Of a stretch of 64,000 nt of DNA, positions 49,155-62,464 are shown in pieces. This DNA comes from Eledone cirrhosa (Eukaryota): NCBI GenBank assembly GCA_964016885.1, contig OZ024755.1:27404001-27468000 (forward strand), given 5' to 3'. The notes beneath the pieces were generated by a model. That model saw only the letters and a program-made list of their open reading frames with translations. It was not told the DNA's origin and made no database searches. Position numbers and translations under genes: made by a program. How positions within the stretch are numbered: the stretch's first letter is position 1; every line of letters starts with the position of its first letter.

Positions 49155-49158
<4 letters not shown>

Positions 49159-49367
49159 CGAAGGAGTTGTGGTAAGGAACCAGATGGACCATAACGCACC
49201 AGAGTACTCAATACTTAGGGTAGTAGAGTGGGTAATATGAGAAAGTATCACCCCGACGGCAGAGCTCAAGCCGTTTCGACGGCTATTTCTGGACTAAAGT
49301 CACTTTAGTCCAGAAATAGCCGTCGAAACGGCTTGAGCTTTGCCGTCGGGGTCATACCTTCTCCTAT
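49155..49367 (-). mobile_element. family D cassette, foldback
   Basis: long minus arm and short plus arm joined at CTAAAGT-C-ACTTTAG; TA flanks. Confidence 0.75.
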
Positions 49368-49384
49368 ATATATATATATATATA

Positions 49385-49630
49385 TATCACCATCATCATC
49401 ATCATCAGCATCCAGCGGCCTCAGCCAAAATGGACTCAACAATTGATCTCCGCGTGGGTCTGTTGTTCATTGCCGTGGCCAATCCTGGATTTCAATACCA
49501 GAATCTCTGGGGATGACATCGGGATAGGAGAGCTTCTGCCCCCTGTTATTAGTGACTGCTTGTGGTTTCCAAAGCACTAATGGGGACACAGCCTCGTAGG
49601 TGGCGCGATGACGGTAGTCAGAAAATCTTA
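49385..49630 (-). pseudogene. RTE-like LINE 3' end with (TGA)n tail
   Basis: HRATYEAVSPLVLWKP...KLSYPDVIPRDSGIE; related copy on plus at 62110-62265. Confidence 0.65.
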
Positions 49631-49773
49631 CTCTCCTTGTACGTACAACGTATATATATATTTCTAGTGAAGTCACGTTGGCTGATAAATTAATCGATGC
49701 TTTTGAAATACGTTTAACAGGATTATATAATAAACAGAGGATGTATACTTAAAACCGTCTCTCTTCTTTATAA

Positions 49774-49839
<66 letters not shown>

Positions 49840-49843
<4 letters not shown>

Positions 49844-50167
49844 ACTTTTTAGTCCAGCGACTTGATAACTCTGGTACAGACACTACACTTGTGACAATTA
49901 TTGACACATAGTGCTGGGCCCATGGTACCATGTGACGACAAGTGCAGAGAGATCTTCAGATATAAAGCAATGCCTGTGCCGTGAAGCTTTTATAGTGAGC
50001 AAAGGCACTGCACAAAGCCAGTCCCACTCTCTTAACCAAGATGGTATTTACCAAAAAGAAGAACAAGTCAACATCATTGAATACCATCAGGGTTGCAGGT
50101 GTTATATCAGAGTTTTCCTTCTCCTAGAATTCTGCCTTGACAAAGGCTAAGGGGTCATCTCTCCCGG
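49840..50167. repeat. about 330-bp dispersed repeat, near-identical copy at 53935-54266
   Basis: shared sequence GTGACTTTTTAGTCCAG...GGGGTCATCTCTCCCGG. Confidence 0.85.
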
Positions 50168-50562
50168 AGATATATATATACATATATACATACATCATAT
50201 ATATGAAAGGGACGATCGACCTTCGTCAAATCGGACCGAGGGAACAATGTTTCCGTTGGTCTTTCCAATTGCTAATACTATCTATCGGTCGCAACTCCAG
50301 GTAGAAGGAGCAACGTGAAATAAAGTGTCTTGCTCAAGGACATAACGCATCGCCTGGTCCAGGAAACGAACTCACAACCTTACGATTGCGAATCCAATTC
50401 TCTAACCACTCAGCCGCACGCCTTCACATCATATATATACATACATATGTACATGCATCATTGCATACATACATACATAAATATTTACACACATACATAT
50501 ATATATAGAGAGAGAGAGAGAAAAAATTTACGAAATGGAAATGCGGGTATATAGAATTTATT

Positions 50563-50679
50563 AGGTAACAATTGTTTCTATAGTGTATGAGTTACCTATA
50601 CCTCGCTATTTGAATAATACACAAATATTATCAAAAACCGAAAGTACACTGTAAGCCAACACACCATGTCATCAGACCT
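50563..50679 (-). ncRNA. hammerhead ribozyme with about 90-nt stem II domain
   Basis: AGGT-CTGATGA-c-ATGGTGT...ACACTAT-a-GAAA-CAATTG-TT-ACCT. Confidence 0.75.
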
Positions 50680-51207
50680 TTGTATTAGAATGATATGAAA
50701 ATATTTCATACACTAGATAAAAGATAAAGAAGGAGGTAGGAAGAGAAGGGGAAGAGGGAAGTGATTAAGGTGGAGGGAGTCTTAGGGTTTAAGACTGTCA
50801 GACTAGTAGAGATTGTGAAGAGAGAATGTTTTGGCAGCAGTTAGCTTAATGAGGCGTGCTAAGGTTGGCTGGGAAGTAGATTCTTCTAGTGGTGTTGTTC
50901 GGACAAAATTTAGTTAGAGGGGTCAAAGTAGTACAGTGTCACAGACAAGTTATTAGGGCTATTATAGTAGCAGGTTGTTTCTAAAGGGGTCCAGAAAAAC
51001 AGTGTTTAGTACTATTATTATAGAAAGCCATATCTAGTGTATAAACATATAAGACAGAAATTTGCAAACGTTGGTGTAAAAAGGTAACATTATATGCATT
51101 TAAAAAAAGAAAAAGTCGTTTTCAAACGATGGTTACAGTATAGAGAACGTATATATATATATATATATATATACATACATTTATACACGCACGCACACCA
51201 CACACAC

Positions 51208-51285
<78 letters not shown>

Positions 51286-51642
51286 CACACACATACATAC
51301 TCACATATATAGTACTGTGTATATGTTCTGGAAAACTATCATCAAAAATTTGTCGTTTCCATTAAAATAAGTAGACAGTGGTTGGCACCAACTACTTCCA
51401 TTAGAATCTTTAGATATTGCTTGCAGTAACAAAATGTCAGCTCCACACACCCAACTACTTAAACTTCTGCCTCCAGTTTTTACCGAGCTTCATCTATTTG
51501 AAAATCTGCCTTTCCATCTCTATCTGCCAGGCAAAATGTCGCAGGGTTGTTACACAGAAAAAAAAAATCAAATACAATTACACACACAAACAGGCACACA
51601 CACTCACATACTGCCATATATACGTGAGTATACAGACAGATA

Positions 51643-51678
<36 letters not shown>

Positions 51679-51713
51679 GCACACACACATGGTCAAAGCC
51701 GCATGTAGTGTTA

Positions 51714-51812
51714 TCTAGTGTGTGCGTGTGTGTGTGGGTGGGTGGGTGTTATCTTTTTATGTGTCTACGATTTAGTAAGCAGTCAAAATTCTGCTTGCCC
51801 CAAAGCTGTCGT

Positions 51813-51844
<32 letters not shown>

Positions 51845-51907
51845 TATATTTTTATGTGTCTACGATTTAGTAAGCAGTCAAAATTCTGCTTGCCCCAAAG
51901 CTGTCGT

Positions 51908-51946
<39 letters not shown>

Positions 51947-52181
51947 ATTTTTATGTGTCTACGATTTAGTAAGCAGTCAAAATTCTGCTTGCCCCAAAGC
52001 TGTCGTGTGTTTGTGCGTATGTGTTTGTGTGTATGTGTGTGTGTGTGTGTTATCTTTTTTTGTGTCTATACGTTTTGGTAAGCAGCCAAAATTCTGCTTG
52101 CTTCAACCGACGCAATTGATCCACTCAAGATTCTATAACGCATACACTGCATGCGTTGCATGCACGGACCCTTCGGCGCTG
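51714..52181 (-). mobile_element. solo 5' end of the same hAT family as 29510-32583
   Basis: matches 32149-32583 including TIR (CCCTTCGGCGCTG); subterminal unit present 4x instead of 2x. Confidence 0.88.
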
Positions 52182-52214
52182 ATGTATATATATATATATA
52201 TACGTGTGTGTGTG

Positions 52215-52256
<42 letters not shown>

Positions 52257-52348
52257 CGTGAGTATGCGTGTGTGTATGTATTGTTTACATATATATATAA
52301 TCATGATTTCTCACGAATGAAACAGTTCTAGTCCTGTAGAAGCTTTTC

Positions 52349-52429
<81 letters not shown>

Positions 52430-52583
52430 AGGGAGCGTAACTTGGAGTTACTGTAGGTTCGCCTGGGTGAGCACTCGATGTTTAGGTTCACTTCAGTGTC
52501 GAGGTGTAGAGCTATACAGAGTGTATTATAGTTAAATAAGATAACAAGGACGATTGGTTACTCCTTCATTACGTTTATTGGTT

Positions 52584-52668
52584 GGTGACGCGCGTTTCGC
52601 CACCGATCAGCTCAAGGTTCGATCTGTATCCATCTGACCTGACTCTGTAATCTGCGGCTCGTCAGACC
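52584..52668 (-). ncRNA. hammerhead ribozyme, canonical core
   Basis: GGT-CTGACGA-GCCGC...GTGGC-GAAA-CGCGCG-TC-ACC; palindromic stem III, GUC site. Confidence 0.88.
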
Positions 52669-53138
52669 CCTTTTAATGTTAATGGAAGAATGAATACATG
52701 CTGTATGATAAAGTCAGAAGTTCCAATGGAGGTCAGTAAAGTTTGTTTTGATTGGTGGATTAGTTCATAGGGATGATTTTGCCTGTAGCGTTTGTGGGGG
52801 GTGGGGGAGGTGAACATTTTGTGGTGTCGATCGCAGGTTGAAGTGGGCGGTGGTGTGGGGGTGCTGTCTACCGACATCCAGCACCCCCACACCACCACCC
52901 ATTTCAACCTGCGATCGACACCACAAAATGTTCACCACAACACCACCACCAACAACAACAACAACACCACCACCAACAACAACACCAACAACAACACTAT
53001 CACCTTAACACCACCACCACCAACAACACCACCACCACCACCACCACCACCACCACCACCACCACCACCACCACCACCACCACCACCACCACCACCACCA
53101 CCACCACCAACACCACCACCACCACCACCACCACCACC

Positions 53139-53337
<199 letters not shown>

Positions 53338-53598
53338 CTATCGCCACAACCACATATGTATCAATCAACAATAATTATCACAAGAAACAAAACCAAAAGA
53401 TCGATAGGTGGAAAACTTTCTTTAGAAAGAAAAGCTGTTTCTTCTGGATAATGTTCCCAAAAGGTTTAAGTTGACAGAATTGAGTAGGTCAGCAATAGTG
53501 TAGAAGTGGTGTCTCTTAGATGGACATTCTTGGAATGGTAGTAGATAGATTGATTGAAAAATGGCTGCACACATATACAAATATACAAACACACACAC

Positions 53599-53703
<105 letters not shown>

Positions 53704-53781
53704 ATATAGATAGGTATATAGATAGATAGACTGATTGATTTAAGGCTGCACGAATGAAAAGATATATGGGCGCCCCCTCAC

Positions 53782-53857
<76 letters not shown>

Positions 53858-54890
53858 TGGCTGCCAACTCGTTTTCGAGTACGGCCACTACTTTATATCC
53901 ATGTAGGAGAACTCCTACCGATGCGCTAAACAAGTGTGACTTTTTAGTCCAGCCAGCGACTTGAAAACTCTGGTACAAACACTACACCTGTGACAATTAT
54001 TGACACATAGTGATGGGCCCATGGCACTATGTGACGACAAGTGCAGAGAGATCTTCAGATATAAAGCAATGCCTGTGCCGTGAAGCTTTTATAGTGAGCA
54101 AAGGTACTGCACAAAGCCAGTCCCACTCTCTTAACCAAGATGATATTTACCAAAAAGAAGAACAAGTCAACATCATTGGATACCATCAGAGTTGCAGGTG
54201 TTATATCAGAGTTTTCCTACTCCTAGAATTCTGCCTTGACAAAGGCTAAGGGGTCATCTCTCCCGGTGATTTTGGATGGCCATTGACTCTTAAGAGCTCC
54301 TTTTCCCTTTGACAGGTTTTGTTTTTATTTCTGCAGGATGTCCAAAGTCACCCTCATCTATATCAAAGGTTCTCAATCCATTTTGGCCAAACGGCCCCTT
54401 TTGCCCCTCGAAATCACGAAACGCCGCCCTACCCTATTTTTCCATTTTTCAATATACTACTGATTTTATTATCAGTAGATTACTGGGCCAAATCAAGTTA
54501 TCTTAGATTCTTTAAACAATACTCGTACGAATTAAATACAAAAAGTTTCAGTCCAAAACAAAAGCAAGCTATTTCAAATTATATATTTTTGAAATAAAAA
54601 AAAACATTTGATCTCAGTCGAAAAAGCTTCTTTTTTTTTTTAAATTCTATATTTCACTGTTAGCTGTTGTAATATTTTGTGTGGATAGACAATTGAAACT
54701 GCAAAGTCTAAATACAAAAGATGCAAAATATGAAGAATTTCTTACTTTTCTCTGAAATCACAAACTCAGGGGAAAAATAGTACCTTGCAAAATAATATAC
54801 CTCGTAGCAAAATAAGTAGTAAGGAATGAATTGAGAAGCTTGGTGACTGAGAAAGCAATATTTTTATCCCTTATATATAAACATAGATAG

Positions 54891-54921
<31 letters not shown>

Positions 54922-55041
54922 CATACACACACACAAACTTGTGTGTGTGTGTGCCTTGGTACAGAAAGAATTTTGTTTACAGTTTTTTATTGCCAGGTCA
55001 AAGGCCACAGCTCTTTTCAAAAAACGCCAAATAACAACGCT

Positions 55042-55106
<65 letters not shown>

Positions 55107-55430
55107 ATTAATAATAATAAATTTCAAGACTAAAATCCAAAGAGGGCTCGATAAGGATAAATATATATCAAATATATAAGAACCGTAGAGCAAATATTTA
55201 TATGAACCACCTAAGAGAACATTAGTCTACGACCTCTTTTATACCATAAACGTGGTTCTGTCTTTGTGCGTAATTGTTTTTCACCGCTCCTATTAATGAC
55301 GTATCTTATTCGTTTTTTCCCGTTCTTTGCCAGCGAACGTTTCCACGAACCAATGTATCGTCTTCCTGTCTTCCTCCGGTTGCAACGTTTTTTAAAATAT
55401 CCACTTCTGCGTTTACAGATTGACTTTGTT

Positions 55431-55481
55431 AGTTTCAGAAGATCCCGTTAAGGGTGAAAGCAGCGATTCTTTGCTTAAACT
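55431..55481 (+). ncRNA. variant hammerhead motif, CAGAAGA core (family G)
   Basis: identical to 11113-11163; stem I extendable via CAGATTG / TTATCTG. Confidence 0.55.
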
Positions 55482-56104
55482 TTTATCTGAAATATATATA
55501 TATATATATATATATATATCGTTAGCACATCTGGCGAAATGCTTAACGGTACTTCTTCCGTTTTTACGTTCTGAGTTCAAATTCCACCGATCTCAACTTT
55601 GCCTTACATCCTTTTTGAGTCGATGAATTAAGTACCAGTTGTGTACTAGGATCGATGCAATCGACTGAACCCTAAAACTCCAAATTTCATGCCTTGTTCC
55701 TATAGTGGAAATGATTATAACTGGTGAAAATGTTGACCCACCACCACGTTTGGCCCACTGTGCCTCTCCTCCAGGACATAATAGCCCTTTTGTGTCCTTG
55801 AGTTTGAGACCCCTCTTCTACACACACACACACACATATATTTTACTTTTTTTCTGTCTCTGGACTACGCCCATGCTGGAGCATCACCTTGGTAAGTTAT
55901 GGCGACGTCAACAAACCAACAAGCATTGGTGGGAGGGCAAACACAAACTCAAAGACACACACAGACATATATACATATATACGACGGGCTTCTTTTAGTT
56001 TCGATCTATCAAATCTACTCACAGGGCTTTGGTCGGCCTGGGTAGTTGGACTGAACCCGGAAATATGTGGTTGGGAAACAAGCTTCTTGTCACACTGCAT
56101 ACTC

Positions 56105-56189
<85 letters not shown>

Positions 56190-56204
56190 ATATATATATT
56201 ATAT

Positions 56205-56256
<52 letters not shown>

Positions 56257-56360
56257 CCTTACACACTTAAATATAAATGCATGTATATATATACAAATGT
56301 ATAAATGCATAGCTATATACATACGTAAATGTATGTATGTATATATGTATGTATGTAGAT

Positions 56361-56411
<51 letters not shown>

Positions 56412-56413
<2 letters not shown>

Positions 56414-56780
56414 GTTCAATACCCGAATTACTTGATCGTTTTTTTGGCTACACGAATGATTGTTTCACCATCGTCTCAGTGTGTTTGGCCTTTAACGTTT
56501 GTTATAGCTCTGGTTCATCTGAATCATTGAGCACTTGCCGCACATCTCGGAGGTTGTTTTTCGTTATTTCGTGGGTCGAAATGCGAATCTCGATAATTTA
56601 TGTTTGTATTATTCTCCAAACTCTAGCTATTGACCAGTTAATTTTCTTGATTTTTTAGTTGATTCTATTGACTGATGAATAGCTTATGTTAATTTTAACC
56701 CCTCTGTTGAGAACTCTATTCGATTTGTGATGTTTTTGCATTCTGACTGAAAGCTGACCAGGTTCTCAACTTCATCAAAC
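56412..56780 (-). pseudogene. Penelope-like element ORF fragment (RT thumb/linker region)
   Basis: minus MQKHHKSNRVLNRGVKINISYSSVNRIN*KIKKIN resembles the PLE motif HKL.KIFNRN.VKVSYS; ends in a TA tract. Confidence 0.55.
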
Positions 56781-57462
56781 ACTAACGCCGGCCTGTGTGT
56801 GTATATATGTGTGTGTGTGTATGTGTGTGTATATGTATGTATGTGTGTGTATGTTCACCACCATTGCTTCTTCTTGTCATTTCTGTTGAAGTAGTCCTTA
56901 CTTTCATTCTCTTTGATTTCTTTTGATTTTCTTTTATCTCCCTAGGGAATTCGTTGACAAGCTTCTAATTTATTTTCTTTGTTTTCTTCATTCAAATCAC
57001 TGACTGTCTAAGAGACGTACCAATATGACTTATAAAACTTACCAAACTAAAGGAGCTTCTAGCGCCCTCAAAGTTTCAAACGCCCCCCCCCCCCTAATGC
57101 CCCCTACTGCATAACGCCCCCCTGGGGCCACGAAACGCATATGCCCCTCGTTGAGAACCTTTAATCTATATACTACTAAAACTCTGTGATTGCTTGCTTG
57201 CTTGTCAGTAATGTAATACAGCCAAAGGGGCGCATATTGGGAAAATACTTTGAAAGGAAGATGACCCTGAAATGGGAATACAAATGGAATAAAACAACTT
57301 TCGTGTAAATCTGAGCCTGGGTTCTCGAGATATGGGGTTTACCGGGTACCTTCATAAACAGAGAGAGAGAAAGATACAGTGGTTGTGAGAGAGTAGATTG
57401 AAAGAGAAACACAGAGAGAGGGAGAGAAAAAGGCAGAGAATGAAAGTGAGAGAGAAAAACAG

Positions 57463-57526
<64 letters not shown>

Positions 57527-57642
57527 GATGGTGTTGTTGAATGAAATTACAACCGGTGACTTCAAAGAAACGAATACAGCATTAATTACTGTATCCTGCT
57601 AAATAGAAAGGGTTTCTAAGTGTGTGTGTATATGTGTGTTTA

Positions 57643-57880
57643 TCTATATATATAAAACTGATGTTGTCTCTGTGTGTGTGTGTGTCCCCTCATTTTTGCA
57701 AAGTCTATACAAATCCACATTTCTACTCTACTCCGATTGACTTCAAACTTGCATTTATATATTCCTTGCGGTCTAAAGATATTAACTGCAGCTTTTATTT
57801 TTCAATTTTCTGTTGTTAAAGGCGTGTTAGGCGCTGGTTATCCATCTCCGTCGCGCTCTTATAATATCTGTCTGTATGCC
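57643..57880 (+). mobile_element. possible Helitron 5' end
   Basis: A|TCTATATATATAAAACTG followed by a TG repeat and CCGATTGACTTCAAACTT. Confidence 0.45.
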
Positions 57881-58035
57881 TGGCTGTCTGCATTACGACA
57901 TTCTGACAAACATTGATGACGTATTATGTTCGCTATTATACGTTCATTGCCAGGGAACGTCTTCACGAACCTGTTTTCCTTCGGTTGCAACGTTTTTCGA
58001 AATATTTACTTCTGCGTTCACAGATTGATGTTTTT

Positions 58036-58086
58036 AGTTTTAGAAGATCCCGTTAAGGGTGAAAGCAACGATTGTTTGCTTAAACT
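58036..58086 (+). ncRNA. family G hammerhead-like motif, decayed
   Basis: AGTTT-TAGAAGA-t-CCC gttaa GGG-t-GAAA-GCA..TGC-TT-AAACT. Confidence 0.45.
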
Positions 58087-58117
58087 GTAATCTGTTATTT
58101 TAATCTATATATGTATA

Positions 58118-58810
58118 CTAGCAGCTGAGCCCGGTTGCACCCGGATCCACTTTTTATTAAGTTAATAATTTGAAAAATATTATTGAAAGTTTATTATAAA
58201 GAAGCAGTTTCAGAAAAAAAAATTGAAATATGCACTTGGGGCTGGACGGCGTACAATGAGAAGTGGAGCGACGTGAAAAGCGTTATTTATTAACAGCGAA
58301 ATAGCAATGTCGATGATATGCAATTTGAAAAATACTACTTACTGTTAGTGGTGGTTAACATGTATTAGAATTAAAATAAAAACACGCGTCCCTTCTTCGC
58401 AATTTAAGGGTTTGGCGATACTTGGCGATACTTTGGCGATACTAATATTTTAACAGAGAAAATTAGATTTTTTATTTATTTTTTGAACAAAATAAATATT
58501 TATTTGCAGTTTTTCTCAGAGGGTGAGCGAAAAAGAGTGTGTTGAGAAGAGAAAGAGATTAAGGAGAATTAAAACACAAAGAAAAAAGTTTCACATCATG
58601 AATAAGAATTTCTATTTTAGAAAACTCTCAACTGCGATTATTCTTTCTTCCATTCACACTCTATTAGATCTATCAGTCTTTCTTCATTTCCTTTCTCCAG
58701 TTCTCCGTTATATCTCAGGGATACTTTGCACTCGGAACGTTTTTGTTGGTAAGATTATGCTATGTCAAAATTTGTGATGGTTTTGTGACGTTGTTTCAAG
58801 ACAACGTTTG
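58118..58810 (-). mobile_element. Helitron 3' portion
   Basis: minus strand GC hairpin CCGGGTGCAACCGG followed by CTAG|T; upstream extent uncertain. Confidence 0.6.
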
Positions 58811-58871
58811 CGTTTAAATATGTAAATACATATGCATAATAGGTATGTTTATATGTAGGTGTGTAAACCAC

Positions 58872-58942
<71 letters not shown>

Positions 58943-58994
58943 ATGTGTATATATATATGAATATATATATGTATATGTATATATATATATATGC

Positions 58995-59027
<33 letters not shown>

Positions 59028-59048
59028 TTATATATATATATAAATATA

Positions 59049-59106
<58 letters not shown>

Positions 59107-59237
59107 CATATATATATATGTATATATATATGCATATATATATATATATGCATATACATATAGAATTATGTATATATATATATATATGTATATATTTATA
59201 TACACATATATAATTATATATATATACATAATTATAT

Positions 59238-59354
<117 letters not shown>

Positions 59355-59497
59355 CCTTTTCACGTGAATTGTATTCGATACGTATGTCAAGATGGCCATA
59401 TTTAAAAACTATAAATTTAGCCTGGATGTATAAACGTGATTTTCAGACGGTAAGAAGTCGATATCTTTTAAGTATACAAAGAAATAAAGCTTTCTAG

Positions 59498-59533
<36 letters not shown>

Positions 59534-59690
59534 TCAAAACCACATACTCCAAAACACACTCACACAATACAATACACATATACATACGCAAATGTGTGTG
59601 TATACATATATAAATGTATGTATATGTGTATGAAGCTGTATATACATGTATCTATCTACACACACTAATACACTTATCTATCTCTATCTA

Positions 59691-59748
<58 letters not shown>

Positions 59749-60301
59749 TATAGAAGCATACACACACATATATGTGTGTGTATGTGTACGTGCGCATGTA
59801 TGTATGTGTGAAAGAGAGTGTATGTATATGTGTATGTGCGTGTGTAGTTATGTATGTATTTAGTCGATTTTCCTTCCACATCACTGCACACAACAAAATT
59901 CAATCTTCCAACATAGAAACAAAGTTTTTTGTGTTGTTTTGCTATCTTTTGTATGTTTTTGTATTGTGATAACAAGTAATAATTATGGCCGTCGTCTGCT
60001 AAATATTTTTCCCCGAAAAAAGCATTTTTTACTTTGTTCATACTTTTTTTGTTATTTTACATGAGGGTGGAGTGAATATTGAAGGCGTTACGTTCGTATG
60101 AATTGAAATGTATGCTCCAAATACAAAAGCTGTAGATTCTGCAGTAAGCTATATATATATATATATGCAAAAGTTCTATTTAAATTGTTGGGATACAACA
60201 AGCAAATATTTTTATAACTGATATAAAGCACTCGACAAGTATTTGGAGTAGATATACGATATTAACAAATGGAAACTATATTTATAAAACCATATTTATT
60301 T

Positions 60302-60358
60302 CATTATACATATTTCAAGGATACCAAGTTAAATTATGGTATGCCTTCATCAGACAAA
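60302..60358 (-). ncRNA. hammerhead motif (family C), cassette with foldback at about 60355-60530
   Basis: minus CTGATGA-AGG c ATACCA taatttaact TGGTAT CCT t-GAAA-TATG-TA. Confidence 0.65.
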
Positions 60359-60627
60359 ATACAATATATACCAGTTTTATAAATAAACATTGACGTACCC
60401 TTTTAAAATGCAACCGTTACTTTTGGAAGACATCAGGATAGACTATCCTGATGTCTTCCAAAAGTAACGGTTGCATTTTAAAAGGGTACGTCAATGTTTA
60501 TTTATAAAACTGGTATATATTGTATTTTGTTTTTTGTATTGTATATTGTATTTTGCTCTAATCTAGACAATAAATTTTCACTTTGGCGCGATTACTTTGG
60601 AAAATTCATTGTCTAGATTAGAGCAAA

Positions 60628-60700
60628 CTCCTGAAGAGTCCGATGCTCGAGTTTCCGAAGTTATTTGAAATCTCAAAATGCGGACGAAACCATGGTCGAG
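60628..60700 (+). ncRNA. hammerhead ribozyme, canonical core
   Basis: CTC-CTGAAGA-GTCCG...CGGAC-GAAA-CCATGG-TC-GAG; palindromic stem III, GUC site. Confidence 0.88.
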
Positions 60701-60962
60701 GTAAATAAATGTATTCTCTTTGCTCCTAGTTTATTTTACACCTAATTCTGTTTAATTAACTGTATATCTGGGCGATTACGCTGTCGAAATATTCGATAAA
60801 TATTCCGTCGCAGCCGACGCGAAGGGCTAGTTTCGGTTATTTGTTGGAGATTTCTTCATAGAAGCCTTATTCTTATAGCCTGGTCTATTCGATTTTTTAT
60901 ATGGTTAATTATGCTAATTGGGAGAGGAAATGGTATATATTTTATCTGGTGATTCTATAGAC

Positions 60963-61017
<55 letters not shown>

Positions 61018-61056
61018 AGGAGGTTATAGTTCACTTGAAGCATTGTGTAATGAGGT

Positions 61057-61615
61057 ATAAACGTTAGAATATGCGTAATAAGGCCAAGACAATGCAGATA
61101 TGGACATAGAAAAAAGAATGCAATAGTGAGAGATATTGATGAGAATTCGTCTTTCACCTTGAATTTATTTAAATGTCCTTAATTTTCGAGATAATATCTC
61201 TTCTTCGGAAGGAAGTAAAAGTCTCAGACCAGCGTCTAAATTTCCAATGAAGCCATGCTGGTCTGAGACTTTTACTTCCCTCCGAAGTCTGAGACATAGA
61301 AAAAAGAATGCAATAGTGAGAGATATTGATGAGAATTCGTCTTTCACCTTGAATTTATTTAAATGTCCTTAATTTTCGAAATAATATCTCTTCTTCGGAG
61401 GGAAGTAAAAGTCTCAGACCAGCGTCTAAATTTCCAATGAAGCCATGCTGGTCTGAGACTTACTTCCCTCCGAAGAAGAGATATTATCTCGAAAATTAAG
61501 GACATTTAAATAAATTCAAGGTGAAAGACGAATTCTCATCAATATCTCTCACTATTGCATTCTTTTTTCTATGTCCATATCTGCATTGTCTTGGCCTTAT
61601 TACACATATTCTAAC

Positions 61616-61621
<6 letters not shown>
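61057..61621. mobile_element. large foldback cassette with duplicated arm
   Basis: 61057-61230 inverts 61447-61621; 61294-61460 duplicates 61104-61270. Confidence 0.75.
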
Positions 61622-61682
<61 letters not shown>

Positions 61683-61855
61683 TTTAGGCAAAAATACTAT
61701 ATATTCTCGCCTCTTCTCAAGTTCCAACAAAAAGCAGCAGGGAGGTACTGTCCCAATGAGAGCCATCAGCTCGAAATACGTATAGGCAGTTATCCCTCGC
61801 TGCATCTGCAGGAATCCGCAAGACGGCTCTGACCGACTGCCTTTATATGGACTGT

Positions 61856-61950
61856 ACCCTTTGATAAGTTCAGCTAGATTCACGACGTTCTAATACTGGT
61901 GACTTAGTTCGGATCTAGCTGTCGAAACGGCCGGAGCTCAGCCATCCTGA
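61856..61950 (+). ncRNA. full-length but decayed family D hammerhead
   Basis: TTGATAA (CTGATGA-like)-gt t CAGCTAGAT...ATCTAGCTG-tc-GAAA-CGGC..GCCA-TC; 9-bp perfect stem II. Confidence 0.55.
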
Positions 61951-62037
61951 CTCTTTTCCTATCACCCACTCTACTATCTTAAGTATTGAGTACTCTGGTG
62001 CGTTATGGTCCAACTGGTATCTTACCACACCTTCTTT

Positions 62038-62074
<37 letters not shown>

Positions 62075-62109
62075 AGAGTACTCAATACTTAGGATAGTAT
62101 ATATATATA

Positions 62110-62265
62110 TAGGAGTAGGAAGCTGTCATTCCCTGACGTTATCTCTAGGGATACGGGAATCAGTAGACAGGACCTGGGGGCGGCGATGGGGGACAGGGAA
62201 TTCTGGGGCATGAGAGTGAGATCCATCATCTCGACAGTAGTCGACGAATGATGATGATGATGATG
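62110..62265 (+). pseudogene. RTE-like LINE 3' end with (TGA)n tail
   Basis: KLSFPDVISRDTGISRQDLGAAMGDREFW followed by TGA repeats. Confidence 0.65.
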
Positions 62266-62414
62266 ATATATATCATATTATCTTCACCTGGGCGGCTGAA
62301 TTCTCATGGGATTAAATAACAGTAGATAGTGTTCACATAACAATAGATTTGACTTGTCTGATTGCATCTGTATCTGTGTTACATGTTACTAGTGACACAC
62401 ACACACACACACGC

Positions 62415-62464
<50 letters not shown>

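Larger units (their letters stand above)
54364..57163. mobile_element. non-autonomous hAT element with multiple nested insertions
   Basis: TIR CAAAGGTTCTCAA / TTGAGAACCTTTA, perfect 8-bp TSD ATCTATAT (54356-54363 / 57164-57171), subterminal GCCCC motifs. Confidence 0.75.

Noticed and set aside
60806-60831. Hairpin plus CTAG as a Helitron 3' end
   Set aside because: Lies inside a cassette whose homologue (about 13860-14275) continues on both sides
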